A stretch of 64,000 bases of DNA from contig JACPJW010000001.1 of NCBI GenBank assembly GCA_016187335.1, positions 256,001-320,000 on the forward strand, in the 5' to 3' direction. Numbering within the stretch: position 1 is the first letter of the stretch; the number at the start of each line of letters is the position of its first letter. Below, piece by piece: positions 36,775 through 46,102 of this stretch. This DNA comes from Candidatus Aenigmatarchaeota archaeon. Lineage in GTDB: Archaea > Aenigmatarchaeota > Aenigmatarchaeia > GW2011-AR5. The notes under the pieces are model-generated. The model was not told where the DNA came from. It searched no databases and was given only the letters and a program-made list of their open reading frames with translations. A program made the position numbers and the translations under genes.

Positions 36775-38052
36775 TCATTTCTCCATCTTGTCAAAGCCGG
36801 TGTAAGGCCGCAGCGCTTTCGGGATGAGCACGGAGCCGTCCTTCTGCTGGTGCTGCTCTATGATTGCCATCATGGTCCGGCTTGTAGCAATGGCAGTGTT
36901 GTTCAGCGTGTGGACAAAGCCCTTTGGCGGGGTTCCTTCCTTTTCGCGGAATTTTATGTTCAGCCTGCGCGCCTGGAAATCCGTGCAGTTGGAATTGCTG
37001 CCGGCTTCACGGAAAACGCCGTCGGCCATCCAGACCTCCGTGTCGTATTTCTTCGCCGCTATGATTCCTATATCGCCCGTGCACACGCTGACGACGCGGT
37101 GGTGCAGCTCCAGCTGCTGGTAAAGCTGCTCGCTGTTTTGCTGCAGCTCTTCGTGCAGTGCCCATGACTGCTCCGGCGCTGAAAAAATGAACTGCTCGAC
37201 CTTGTTGAACTGGTGCATCCTGAACAGCCCTTTTGTATACTTTCCGTGAGCGCCGACCTCCTTTCTGAAGCACGGAGAAACGCCCGCGATTTTCAAAGGC
37301 AACTCCTGCTCCAGCAGCGTTTCGTCCATCAGCATCGCCCCTATCGGATGCTCTGATGTCGCTATCAGATGCAAATCCTCGCCTTCTATTTTGTACAATA
37401 CGTCAATGAAATCCGCAAGCGATGTCACCCCTTCGTAAGGCTTCCTGTTGAGCATGTAAGGAGGATTCACTACAACAAAGCCTCTCTTCCTCAGGAAGTC
37501 CAGGGCAAAACGCTGCAGCGCCATGTCAAGAAGCACCAGCTCGTTTTTCATGTAGAAAAAACCGTGCCCCGCGACCTTTGCCGCGCGCCCGCTGTCAATA
37601 AGCCCTAAATTTTCAAGAAGCTCCGCATGCCCTTTCGGCTTAAAGTCAAATTTCGGTGCTTCGCCGTAACGCCTTATTTCCACGTTGTCCTTGTCATCAG
37701 CGCCTATTGGCACTGATTCGTGCAGCACGTTAGGCAGCTGCATCAGAATCAGCCTGCACTGCTCGTTTAGCTGGTTAAGCTTTGTATCGTTTTTCCTTAT
37801 CTTTTCGGGTATTTCCTTTATTTCTTTCATCCTCGCTGCTATCGGCTTCTTTTTTGCCTTCAGCTCCGCGATCTCTTTTGTCACGACATTCCTTTTGTAT
37901 CGCAGTTCTTCCGTTTTTTTCAGCAGCCCTAATCTTTCCGAATCTTTCTTGATAAGCTCGTGCAGCAGCTTTATCTTCGCCTCGTCCCTGCGCTTTTTCA
38001 GGTCATTTTCAACGACAGCCGGGTTTTCCCTGATGAGTTTTATGTCAAGCAT
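36775..38052 (-). CDS. serS: Seryl-tRNA synthetase
   Basis: MLDIKLIRE, LIATSEHP, FRKE...GLFRMHQFNKVEQF and HTLNNTAIATSR. Confidence 0.95.
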   Translation of the reverse strand: MLDIKLIRENPAVVENDLKKRRDEAKIKLLHELIKKDSERLGLLKKTEELRYKRNVVTKEIAELKAKKKPIAARMKEIKEIPEKIRKNDTKLNQLNEQCRLILMQLPNVLHESVPIGADDKDNVEIRRYGEAPKFDFKPKGHAELLENLGLIDSGRAAKVAGHGFFYMKNELVLLDMALQRFALDFLRKRGFVVVNPPYMLNRKPYEGVTSLADFIDVLYKIEGEDLHLIATSEHPIGAMLMDETLLEQELPLKIAGVSPCFRKEVGAHGKYTKGLFRMHQFNKVEQFIFSAPEQSWALHEELQQNSEQLYQQLELHHRVVSVCTGDIGIIAAKKYDTEVWMADGVFREAGSNSNCTDFQARRLNIKFREKEGTPPKGFVHTLNNTAIATSRTMMAIIEQHQQKDGSVLIPKALRPYTGFDKMEK

Positions 38053-38693
38053 GTTGTTCCCCAAAAATGCCAATCAATTCCCAAAGGTCCTTTGATTCTA
38101 TAAGGTAATCAGTGTATTTTCTTACAATGTCCTTGGGGGCAATCCCTACAGCGATATCCGCTTCCTCAAACATTGCAATATCGTTTGCGCCGTCTCCGAC
38201 GGCTATCACTTTTCCAAAATTGTATTCTTTTCTAAGGGCTTTAATAGGCTCTGATTTGTCAATTAGAGGGATAAACCGTTTCAATGTGCTGCCCGCCAAA
38301 AACTGTTCCTGTTGCGAACACAACATCTGCGTATAAGCCGTTTTTTCTTACCAGGTGTTCAACTATGAAATCAAGCCCTCCGGTAACAACAGCTATTGCA
38401 TAGTCTTCTTTTACACGCTCCAGTGTTTTCTTTGCGTTTGGCATAAGCGATATGTCATCAACAGCGCGCAATATTTGATCCCTTGTCAAGTGTTTTATTT
38501 TTTCAACCCTGGCTCTTAGTGACTCTTCAAAACAGATCTTTCCTTCCATGCCTGCTCTGGTCACTTCCTTCATGTAAGCCTCCTGGCCGGCGTATCGGCC
38601 TATATGTTCCATCGTCTCGCCGTCAAGGAGCGTTCCCTCAAAATCAAACACGACAAGCCTAGGTTTACCTAAAGAAAAAGCATTGCTCAGCAA
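38045..38693 (-). pseudogene. serB: Phosphoserine phosphatase (SerB-like HAD), split by a frameshift near 38270
   Basis: FDFEGT and VTGG lie in ORF 38259-38693; K and GDGANDIAM lie in ORF 38045-38326 in another frame. Confidence 0.7.
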
Positions 38694-38729
38694 ACGGATT
38701 GGTACGGCATCGCCATCACTTTATTTTGA

Positions 38730-39194
38730 TTATTTTGATCGCAACATTTTTAAAGCTTCTGTGGCATAGAAGCGCAGCGCCGGGCTCATGAGCGTTTTTT
38801 TCAGTTCTGTTTTATCAAACCATCTTATCTCGTTGTGCTCGTGTTCTTTCAGTTTTATTTTGTCTTTTTTTGAACTCATAAAATAAATCAGGACGATATG
38901 CCTGTGGCTGCCTCTGATTTCGTGTATGTCAACATACTGCGGAGTGAGCAGGAATTTTGTGCCCTTGCTCCTGATCCTGGGCCTGTTGTCGCTGATTGTC
39001 AGATCCTTTTCCGATAAGCCGCACTCCTCTTTTATTTTCCTGAACAATGCTTCGTCTGCGTCCTCGTTCAGCTCTATGTGGCCGCCTATGGGAAGCCATT
39101 TGCTTAGCTCTTTGTGGTGTATCAGCAGCACTTTGTCTTTATGGACAATATAAGCGGCTATGGTGAAGTCTATCTTTTCATGAATATGGGGCAT
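38730..39194 (-). CDS. NUDIX hydrolase
   Basis: WLPIGGHIELNEDADEALFRKIKEECG. Start at MPHIHE. Confidence 0.8.
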   Translation of the reverse strand: MPHIHEKIDFTIAAYIVHKDKVLLIHHKELSKWLPIGGHIELNEDADEALFRKIKEECGLSEKDLTISDNRPRIRSKGTKFLLTPQYVDIHEIRGSHRHIVLIYFMSSKKDKIKLKEHEHNEIRWFDKTELKKTLMSPALRFYATEALKMLRSK

Positions 39195-39243
39195 GCTTAA
39201 CCTTACCAAAAAACTTTTATAAATTCGCTGCCAAAATGCTGAA

Positions 39244-39537
39244 ATGCACAAGGCTTTGCTTCTGCTCAGGAAAATACCAAAGGGAAAGGTCACCACTTAT
39301 GGCGCTCTGGCAAAAGCCTGTAATTCTTCACCAAGGGCAATAGGCTCTGTCATGCGAAGCAATCCAAGGCCCGACCTCTATCCGTGCTACAAAGTAGTGG
39401 CAAGCGACGGCGGGATAGGCGGCTACGCCGGATGCGTGAAGGGAAAGAAAATTGCTGAGAAGATTTCACTGCTGAAGAAAGACGGGATAAGAATCAGGAA
39501 CAGAAAAATTGAGGATAAGTATATTTATAGGTTTTAA
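39244..39537 (+). CDS. ogt: O6-methylguanine-DNA methyltransferase (single domain)
   Basis: IPKGKVTTYG, RAIG, PCYKVV (PCHRV-like) and GGY. Confidence 0.85.
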   Translation: MHKALLLLRKIPKGKVTTYGALAKACNSSPRAIGSVMRSNPRPDLYPCYKVVASDGGIGGYAGCVKGKKIAEKISLLKKDGIRIRNRKIEDKYIYRF

Positions 39538-39538
39538 A

Positions 39539-39889
39539 ATGACGCGTGTTCTCACAGGCGGCACTTTTAATAAAATTCACAAAGGTCATGTAGAACTTTT
39601 GAAACGTGCCAAAAAACTCGGGCATCTGATAGTTGTGATTGCGCATAATAATCATAACAAAAAACCTTATACCATTCCTGCTGAGAAAAGAAAGAAAATA
39701 GTAGAGAAACTAAAAATTGCTGAGAAAGTGATAATAGGCGATCATGATAGATTTGCAGGGGTAATAGAAAGAGAAAAGCCTGATGTAATCGTTCTGGGCT
39801 ACGACCAAAATCTTCCTGACAAAGAAACCAAAGAATTGGTAGCGAAAATGGGCATAAAAGTTATAAGATTGAAAAAATTTAGCGTGTAA
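39539..39889 (+). CDS. Cytidylyltransferase-family protein, archaeal FAD synthetase (RibL)-like
   Basis: GGTFNKIHKGH HxGH motif and KPDVIVLGYDQ. Confidence 0.75.
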   Translation: MTRVLTGGTFNKIHKGHVELLKRAKKLGHLIVVIAHNNHNKKPYTIPAEKRKKIVEKLKIAEKVIIGDHDRFAGVIEREKPDVIVLGYDQNLPDKETKELVAKMGIKVIRLKKFSV

Positions 39890-40958
39890 CTTCCTGCTTC
39901 CTCACAAAATCATAAAGCTCCTTCGCCTTGCCCTTTTCGAAATGGATCCTTATCGGCTTTATCATTTTGTCGATGTAAACGGCAGCGGCATTTTTAAGGT
40001 CAGCAGGATGCAAATCTCCTTTTGCAAACGCCTGCTCTAATTCGTTGTAAGAGGAAAAAACAGCATCGCCGCCGAACTTTGCAGGGCGCTCTATCTTCAT
40101 TTTGTCAAATTTCCTGAAAACAAGATATTTGCAGTATTCCAGGACCGGATTATTGTGTATTTCTTTCGCCGGGCAAAAAGCATTGTTTAATTTCTTTTTG
40201 ATTTCATCGGCGCTGTCGTGGACAAAAACAGCTGTGGACGGCTTGCTCTTGCTCATTTTTGAGCTTATCTCAGCGTCCTTCTTTTTGTCATCCTCAAAGC
40301 CTTCGGGCTGCTTTATTCCTTCCAGACCCATCAGCATGTGGTGGGAAACAATCACAGGCGACCACCAGCCAAGCTTAGGTCCTACTTCGCGCGCAAGCAT
40401 GTTCGCCCTGCGCTGGTCAAGCCCAAGCTGGCATATATCTGCCTCTAGTTCAAATATGTCCGCGGTCTGCATCATCGGGTAGAAGTATTGCGCTACTTCT
40501 TTCATTTCCCCTTCCTTCCTGCCCATTATTGTCAGCGCACGCGTGGCCCTCTGCACTGTCGTGTGCTTCGCAATCAGTATTACTTTTTTCCAGTATTCCG
40601 TCCTGCTCGCTATGTCCGAAGCCCAGACATATTCAGCGTTTTTCACGCCCGCGGCTTTCCACACTTCTATGAAATACTTGCCGACGGTTTGTATTTTTTC
40701 CAGGTCGCCGCCCATCTTGTTGTTGACCCATGCGTGCCAGTCGGCAATGAATAGTTTGAATCTAACGCCTGCCTTGTGCATGTCCTCAAGAAGCAGCGGC
40801 CTGAATACTCCGAACGCTATATGGGCCTCGCCTGAAGGTTCGAATCCGTCATAAGCTATTGGATGCTTTTTTTGTTCAAGAAGCGATTTTAGCTCCTCCT
40901 TGGTTACTATTTCCTCGCCGACGCTTTCGATGTATCTAAGCCTTTGTTCGGTAGTCAT
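39879..40958 (-). CDS. tyrS: Tyrosyl-tRNA synthetase (archaeal type)
   Basis: YDGFEPSG, YPMMQTAD, GLDQRR and KMSKS. Confidence 0.95.
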   Translation of the reverse strand: MTTEQRLRYIESVGEEIVTKEELKSLLEQKKHPIAYDGFEPSGEAHIAFGVFRPLLLEDMHKAGVRFKLFIADWHAWVNNKMGGDLEKIQTVGKYFIEVWKAAGVKNAEYVWASDIASRTEYWKKVILIAKHTTVQRATRALTIMGRKEGEMKEVAQYFYPMMQTADIFELEADICQLGLDQRRANMLAREVGPKLGWWSPVIVSHHMLMGLEGIKQPEGFEDDKKKDAEISSKMSKSKPSTAVFVHDSADEIKKKLNNAFCPAKEIHNNPVLEYCKYLVFRKFDKMKIERPAKFGGDAVFSSYNELEQAFAKGDLHPADLKNAAAVYIDKMIKPIRIHFEKGKAKELYDFVRKQEVTR

Positions 40959-41011
40959 TATAGCACCTTTTTAAATTATGATTTAAGTGTATAAATAAAA
41001 CTGTGATACAC

Positions 41012-42256
41012 ATGAAAATCAAACTTCTTGGCAGCGGCGACGAAGTCGGAAAAAGCTGCCTTATTGTTTCCGACAAAAGCAAAGGCGTAGTGCTTGACTG
41101 CGGCGTGAAGCTGCAGCCGGAGCCGCCGACGTACCCGCGCGTCGCCGGCGAAGACATTAATGCCTTGATTTTAAGCCACGCGCACCTTGACCATAGCGGC
41201 GCGGTGCCCACGCTTTACCGGAAAAATAAGATCCCTGCTTTCATGAACGACGTGACTTTCGAGCTGGCCCTGCTGCTGATAAAGGACAGCATGAAAGTAG
41301 GGCAAAAACAAGGGTACGGAGTCCCTTATTCAAAGAACGACTTGAAGCGGTTTGTGAAAAGCGCGAAAATTGTCAATTACCACGAAAAATTCTCGGCCGG
41401 AAACTTCCGCTGCTCCCTGTATCCGTCAGGGCATATCCCTGGTTCTTCTTCTGTGATGCTTCAGGGAAGCAAGAAAGTATTTTACACGTCGGATATCCAG
41501 ACGCTGGAAAGCCATCTTCTCAACCCGTGCAAGCTCCCTGACAAGGTCGATACTCTCGTTATAGAAAGCACTTACAGCTACAAGAGCCATCCTCCGCGCG
41601 AAATCGAGGAGAAAAAACTCGTCGCTGCCGTTGAGGAGGCTTTGGCCCGGGAAGAAGCCGCCCTGATACCTGTTTTTGCCGTCGGCAGGGCGCAGGAGAT
41701 ATTGCTCATTCTTTCTGATTACGCAGGCAAAATATCCTTGGACGGCATGGCGAAAGGCGCTTCAGAAATCATAATGTCTTATCCGCGGTACCTCAAAGAG
41801 CCTGAAAAATTGCGCAAGGTTTTGAAAAAGGTTAATTTCGTTCGCAGCCAGAAAGACAGGGAAGATGCGCTGAAAAGAAATCCGATAATTATCTCGTCTG
41901 CCGGGATGCTCGGCGGCGGCCCTGCAATCAGTTATTTGAGGAGCATCAGGAAAAGGCCGGAATCCAAGGTGCTTTTCTGCGGCTTCCTTGTGGAGGAATC
42001 GCCAGGAAGGAATTTAATAGAAACAAAGATATTCAAGACAGCCGAGGAGCAGTTTGACGTTCACTGCGATGTGCAGAGGTTCGAGATGAGCGCCCATGCC
42101 GACAGAAGCGGGCTGTTCAAAATCATTGAGAAAACAAGGCCGGAAACGGTTGTCTGCGTGCACGGCGAGCACTGCAGGGATTTTGCCAAGGAAATTTCTT
42201 CCAGATTTTCAATAAACGCCTTTGCTCCGAAAGACGGGGAAGAAATAAGGGTGTAA
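41012..42256 (+). CDS. Beta-CASP MBL-fold ribonuclease (aCPSF-like)
   Basis: SHAHLDHSG, GHIPGS, IESTY, FAVGRAQE, SAHAD and VHGE. Confidence 0.9.
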   Translation: MKIKLLGSGDEVGKSCLIVSDKSKGVVLDCGVKLQPEPPTYPRVAGEDINALILSHAHLDHSGAVPTLYRKNKIPAFMNDVTFELALLLIKDSMKVGQKQGYGVPYSKNDLKRFVKSAKIVNYHEKFSAGNFRCSLYPSGHIPGSSSVMLQGSKKVFYTSDIQTLESHLLNPCKLPDKVDTLVIESTYSYKSHPPREIEEKKLVAAVEEALAREEAALIPVFAVGRAQEILLILSDYAGKISLDGMAKGASEIIMSYPRYLKEPEKLRKVLKKVNFVRSQKDREDALKRNPIIISSAGMLGGGPAISYLRSIRKRPESKVLFCGFLVEESPGRNLIETKIFKTAEEQFDVHCDVQRFEMSAHADRSGLFKIIEKTRPETVVCVHGEHCRDFAKEISSRFSINAFAPKDGEEIRV

Positions 42257-42306
42257 ATTCCGTTTCCTTGTTCTTCTTTTAAAGATAATCAAAACTAGCA
42301 TTTATT

Positions 42307-43335
42307 ATGATAGAAATCCCAGGCGATTACGGCGAGGGCGGCGGCCAGATAATCAGAACAGCAATAGCGTTATCCGCTGTAACAGGAAAGCCGTGCAGAA
42401 TCAGCAGCATAAGAGCGAAGCGGGCGAAGCCGGGTCTGCAGACGCAGCATCTTGAAGGTGTAAAAGCACTGGCAAAATTATGCGGTGCGGATGTCAAAGG
42501 CGCGCATCTCGGTTCTACTGAACTGGCTTTCAGCCCGCAGAAAATAAAGGGCGGCAACATTTCCATAAGCATTCCTACAGCCGGAAGCACCGGGCTTGTT
42601 CTGCAGGGTTTGATGATAGCCGCAATCCATGCTGACAAAGCCGTTAATATTTCAATCAGCGGGGGCGCGACAAACGGCAAGTGGGCAATGCCGCTGAACT
42701 ACGCAAAGCAAGTCCTGCTGCCGCTGCTTGGAAAAATGGGCTATAAAGCTGAGATTGATGTGGAGCGCTACGGATATTATCCGAAAGGCGGTGCGGTTGT
42801 CTCTGTAGTTATTGAACCGTGTAAGCTTTCGCCGCTGGTGTTGCTGGAAAGGGGGGAAATTGTTTCTGTTAATGGCGTATCCCACGCCTCCAAAGAACTG
42901 ACGAAAAACAACGTGGCGGAACGCCAGCAGAAAGCTGCGCGTGATGTGATTTTCAAGGAACTGAAAATTACAGCCGACGTCAGGTCGCGGTATAATGACA
43001 CGGCATGCCCAGGCTCTGCCATCGATCTGTGGGCAAAATGTGAAAACTCTGTTTTGGGCTCCGATGGATTAGGCGAGCGCGGAAAGCGCGCCGAGGATGT
43101 TGGCAAGGAAGCTGCTGAAAAATTGGTGCAGCAGCTGCGGAGCGGCGCTGCTGTGGATGAGCATGCCGAGGACCAGCTGATACCTTACATGGCTCTGGCG
43201 GCAGAAAGCGGCACAAGCAGCATCAAGGTGCCTGTGCTGACTGAACACACGCAGACAAACATCTGGGTCGTCGAGAAATTTCTGGACGTGAAGTTTGAAA
43301 TGGAAGGAAGCGTGCTTCATTGCAAGAAATTGTAA
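42307..43335 (+). CDS. rtcA: RNA 3'-terminal phosphate cyclase
   Basis: GEGGGQIIRT, PGLQTQH, GYYPKGG and DEHAEDQL (catalytic His). Confidence 0.93.
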   Translation: MIEIPGDYGEGGGQIIRTAIALSAVTGKPCRISSIRAKRAKPGLQTQHLEGVKALAKLCGADVKGAHLGSTELAFSPQKIKGGNISISIPTAGSTGLVLQGLMIAAIHADKAVNISISGGATNGKWAMPLNYAKQVLLPLLGKMGYKAEIDVERYGYYPKGGAVVSVVIEPCKLSPLVLLERGEIVSVNGVSHASKELTKNNVAERQQKAARDVIFKELKITADVRSRYNDTACPGSAIDLWAKCENSVLGSDGLGERGKRAEDVGKEAAEKLVQQLRSGAAVDEHAEDQLIPYMALAAESGTSSIKVPVLTEHTQTNIWVVEKFLDVKFEMEGSVLHCKKL

Positions 43336-43373
43336 AGATGAAGCCATGCGCCAGATTACTTTTTGAATTTCTA

Positions 43374-43419
43374 ATAATATTTTCTTTTCCGTAGAGGCTT
43401 TTCTTTTCAAAAGAAAGGG
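43374..43419. repeat. Intergenic near-copy of the tRNA-Ser T-loop intron core
   Basis: ATAATATTTTCTTTTCCGTAGAGGCTTTTCTTTTCAAAAGAAAGGG versus 3501-3547: three substitutions and one indel. Confidence 0.85.
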
Positions 43420-43422
43420 CTC

Positions 43423-43638
43423 TTAGAACATGAACCTCTTCTGCTTCTTCTTGGACATTTTTATGGTAAGCATATTCTTGTCAAGAAACGCGTCAAGCTT
43501 TTTGTGGTCTATTGTTTCCGGCAGCGTTATGCGCATTATTACCTCGTCGTTGTTCTCTTCCACGTCCACGGGCAGGTCAATAAAATGCCTGAAGTCCTTT
43601 TCCCAGTAGAATATATACTCGTTTTTTTTCCTTGGCAT
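43423..43638 (-). CDS. Short Hsp20/alpha-crystallin-like protein
   Basis: LPVDVEENNDEVIMRITLP...LDAFLDKNMLTIKM; appears internally shortened. Confidence 0.55.
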   Translation of the reverse strand: MPRKKNEYIFYWEKDFRHFIDLPVDVEENNDEVIMRITLPETIDHKKLDAFLDKNMLTIKMSKKKQKRFMF

Positions 43639-43766
43639 CCAGACACCTGATTTCTCTGTTCAAAGTGTATCATATTTGAACTTATACTTAAAATAATTTT
43701 TGCTTTCCTCCTTCTTGGTAAACTTTATATTTCAGACTGTTTGGAATCATGTTTCACTTTGCTGCT

Positions 43767-44579
43767 CTATACGGCTGCGGTGGAATATAATTCCATTTCC
43801 CTTCCTATTAAGTCATGGGCATTTATCGCGTGATAATGTCCGTTCTCCACGATAATAAGGTTGCCCTTTGCCGCTACGACCGTGCCGGATATTTCTTTTC
43901 CGCTGCCGACTGCGAATTTCTTCGGGTGGCTGGGAACCCTGTCAAGGCGGTAATGTTTCCTGAAGTCGTGTATTTCGGGGTATATCATGTGCTGCGCAAA
44001 ATCAGTTTTTTTAAGCCTGCTTATGGCGTTGAACAAGGCAACAGCCGCGTTGTTGGGGTTGCCGAAAATCAGTTCGTGCTTTTTGTCGCCCCATACCCTG
44101 TCGACGACGCCGATGGATTTCATTATTTCGTGTTCCAGTTTTCTTGCAATGAAACCGTCCTTGACAACGCCCACCTTGGCGGCCATGTCCGCTCCCTGCT
44201 CCACCAGCCTTTCAAGAACGCGGAACTCCATGCTTATGCCTACCTTGACCAGGGAATCAAAAGCGGCAAGGTACACAAAATACCTCTCTTCCTTGCAGTC
44301 CTCCCTTCTTTTCAGGTTGATGCACTGCGACCCGTCGCACTGGACGCAGAGAAAGAAGTCGTCGCGCAGCCTGCATTCGTTGCAGTAATATCCCTTTTCG
44401 ATTACGGCGCTGTTGGGGCACTTCACGTGCTTTCCCTTGGCAAAATGGCCTATGCATTTCTTCTCGCCTATCTTCAAAGAAATTCTAGAATCAAATAACC
44501 GCAGCCTTTCAAACCCGTTGCCGTTGTTGAATACCAGGAACGGCTCCCAGTTCTCCCATTTGTATTTTACTGCCTGCAT
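43767..44579 (-). CDS. DUF2797-like Cys-rich protein
   Basis: KCIG...CPN...CNEC...CVQC...C; VYLAAFDSLVKVGIS...RLVEQGAD pattern. Confidence 0.75.
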   Translation of the reverse strand: MQAVKYKWENWEPFLVFNNGNGFERLRLFDSRISLKIGEKKCIGHFAKGKHVKCPNSAVIEKGYYCNECRLRDDFFLCVQCDGSQCINLKRREDCKEERYFVYLAAFDSLVKVGISMEFRVLERLVEQGADMAAKVGVVKDGFIARKLEHEIMKSIGVVDRVWGDKKHELIFGNPNNAAVALFNAISRLKKTDFAQHMIYPEIHDFRKHYRLDRVPSHPKKFAVGSGKEISGTVVAAKGNLIIVENGHYHAINAHDLIGREMELYSTAAV

Positions 44580-45153
44580 CCAATCGCCTGTACTTCTTCA
44601 GCGCCTTTTCGAGGTTGCTGTCAATCCATAAGTTTCTCTTTAGCGCTTCAAATAAGCTTTTCGCTTTTGCTTCGTATGCTTTATTCCTTGTCAGCTGGTG
44701 CAGCATCTCGGCTGCCGTGCTGTCCACGGCGTAAAAGGCAACCCACGGCGCGCTCAGGCTTAGGTAATCAGCGAAGCTTTCAGGCTTCCTGCCGGCTGTT
44801 TTTGCGTACATGTAGTACAGGTAATCGTCCTTCAGCAGCTTTGCCGTTTCCCTGAATGCCATGACATCCTCGATGAGCTGCGGCAGCCCCATCGGCCTTA
44901 TGAATATCCTGTTCAGGCTTTCGGTGAACATGGAGCGCAGCGCCTTCCTGTCATGCTCCGCGAGGAATGCGTTCATCCTGCTTACTGATAATGTCGCCCT
45001 GCTTTCCTCAATTATCAGCGCGTCTATTTCTGCTATCCTGAATTCTATTGTGTCAAGAGGGATCTTGTTCGGGAATTTCTTTATGCTTTCATCAAATAAA
45101 GAAGAAGCGAATGCCTCGTTTTTATTCCGCCTGACTTTTTTCACGATTCGCAT
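44509..45153 (-). CDS. Hypothetical protein
   Basis: 214-aa ORF with host-like codon usage; no motif recognised. Confidence 0.55.
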   Translation of the reverse strand: MRIVKKVRRNKNEAFASSLFDESIKKFPNKIPLDTIEFRIAEIDALIIEESRATLSVSRMNAFLAEHDRKALRSMFTESLNRIFIRPMGLPQLIEDVMAFRETAKLLKDDYLYYMYAKTAGRKPESFADYLSLSAPWVAFYAVDSTAAEMLHQLTRNKAYEAKAKSLFEALKRNLWIDSNLEKALKKYRRLDAGSKIQMGELGAVPGIQQRQRV

Positions 45154-45169
45154 AATTTATTATTGCCGG

Positions 45170-46015
45170 TTACTTAATATCTTTCCACTGCTTGATTGCC
45201 CGCTCGTAGCCGTCCGTCGTGCTCACGTCTATGCTGGTCCCGTCGTGGACAAAGCCGCACAGGTGGCCTTCTTTTGCCAGCCTGTCGAAAAGGTCTTCTA
45301 TCATGAATTTTCCTTTCTGGACGTATTTGATTATGTCCGGCTCGAAAATATGGAATCCCGTGCTTATCAGGTTCGAAGGCGCCTCGCTTTTTCTCGGCTT
45401 CTCGACGAATTCAAGTATCTGGTTGCCCCTCATTTTCACGACGCCGAAGGAGCTTATGTCGTCGCTCGTTCTGAGGAGCAGCGTTGCGGCGCTTCCCTGC
45501 TTTTTGTGAAAATCAAGCACTGACTGTATGTCCGGGTCCATAAGCGTGTCCACGTTAAGCATGCCGAACGTGTCGGTTATGTGCTCCTCTGCGAGCTTCA
45601 GGGCGCCTGCCGTCCCCAGGGGCTTCTGCTCCACTATGTAATTTATGTTCACGCCGAATTTTGACCCGTCGCCGAAATAGTCCACGATTTTTTCGTACAT
45701 GTAGCCTACGGCAATTATGAGGTTCCTCACTCCGTTTTTCTTCAGCATGCTTATCTGGTGCTCTAGAATGGGTTTTCCATGTATCGGTATGAGCGGCTTC
45801 GGAATTTCATAGGTGATCGGCCTCAGCTTTACACCTTCGCCGCCTGCCATTATAAGCACGGTATCCAGCTGCGGTATGTCCATGGATTTCAGGACCAGCT
45901 GCTCGATTGCGTGCGACCTGTTTCTTACGTCCTTGCCGTTGACGAGCCTGTCGACTTTCCTCAGAACAGAAGAATCAAGGGTTATCGTTATTCTTTCCTT
46001 TTTATCCCTTTTCAT
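45170..46015 (-). CDS. Ribbon-helix-helix plus sugar-phosphate nucleotidyltransferase fusion
   Basis: KERITITLDSSVLRKVDRLV...RNRSHAIEQL (RHH) fused to MAGGEGVKLRPIT...KPLIPI...PLGTAGAL. Confidence 0.85.
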   Translation of the reverse strand: MKRDKKERITITLDSSVLRKVDRLVNGKDVRNRSHAIEQLVLKSMDIPQLDTVLIMAGGEGVKLRPITYEIPKPLIPIHGKPILEHQISMLKKNGVRNLIIAVGYMYEKIVDYFGDGSKFGVNINYIVEQKPLGTAGALKLAEEHITDTFGMLNVDTLMDPDIQSVLDFHKKQGSAATLLLRTSDDISSFGVVKMRGNQILEFVEKPRKSEAPSNLISTGFHIFEPDIIKYVQKGKFMIEDLFDRLAKEGHLCGFVHDGTSIDVSTTDGYERAIKQWKDIK

Positions 46016-46072
46016 AGTATGAAAAAGTATGAAAAGTATTTAAGGATAGGTAAATTATGTGAAAAAGTATGA
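46009..46072. promoter_or_regulatory. Divergent promoter with candidate operator
   Basis: Perfect palindrome TTTTCATA-G-TATGAAAA (46009-46025) over the RHH start codon; direct repeat GAAAAAGTATGA at 46021 and 46061. Confidence 0.55.
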
Positions 46073-46102
46073 TAATTTCCTTGCTGTGTCGGAGACGATA
46101 AA

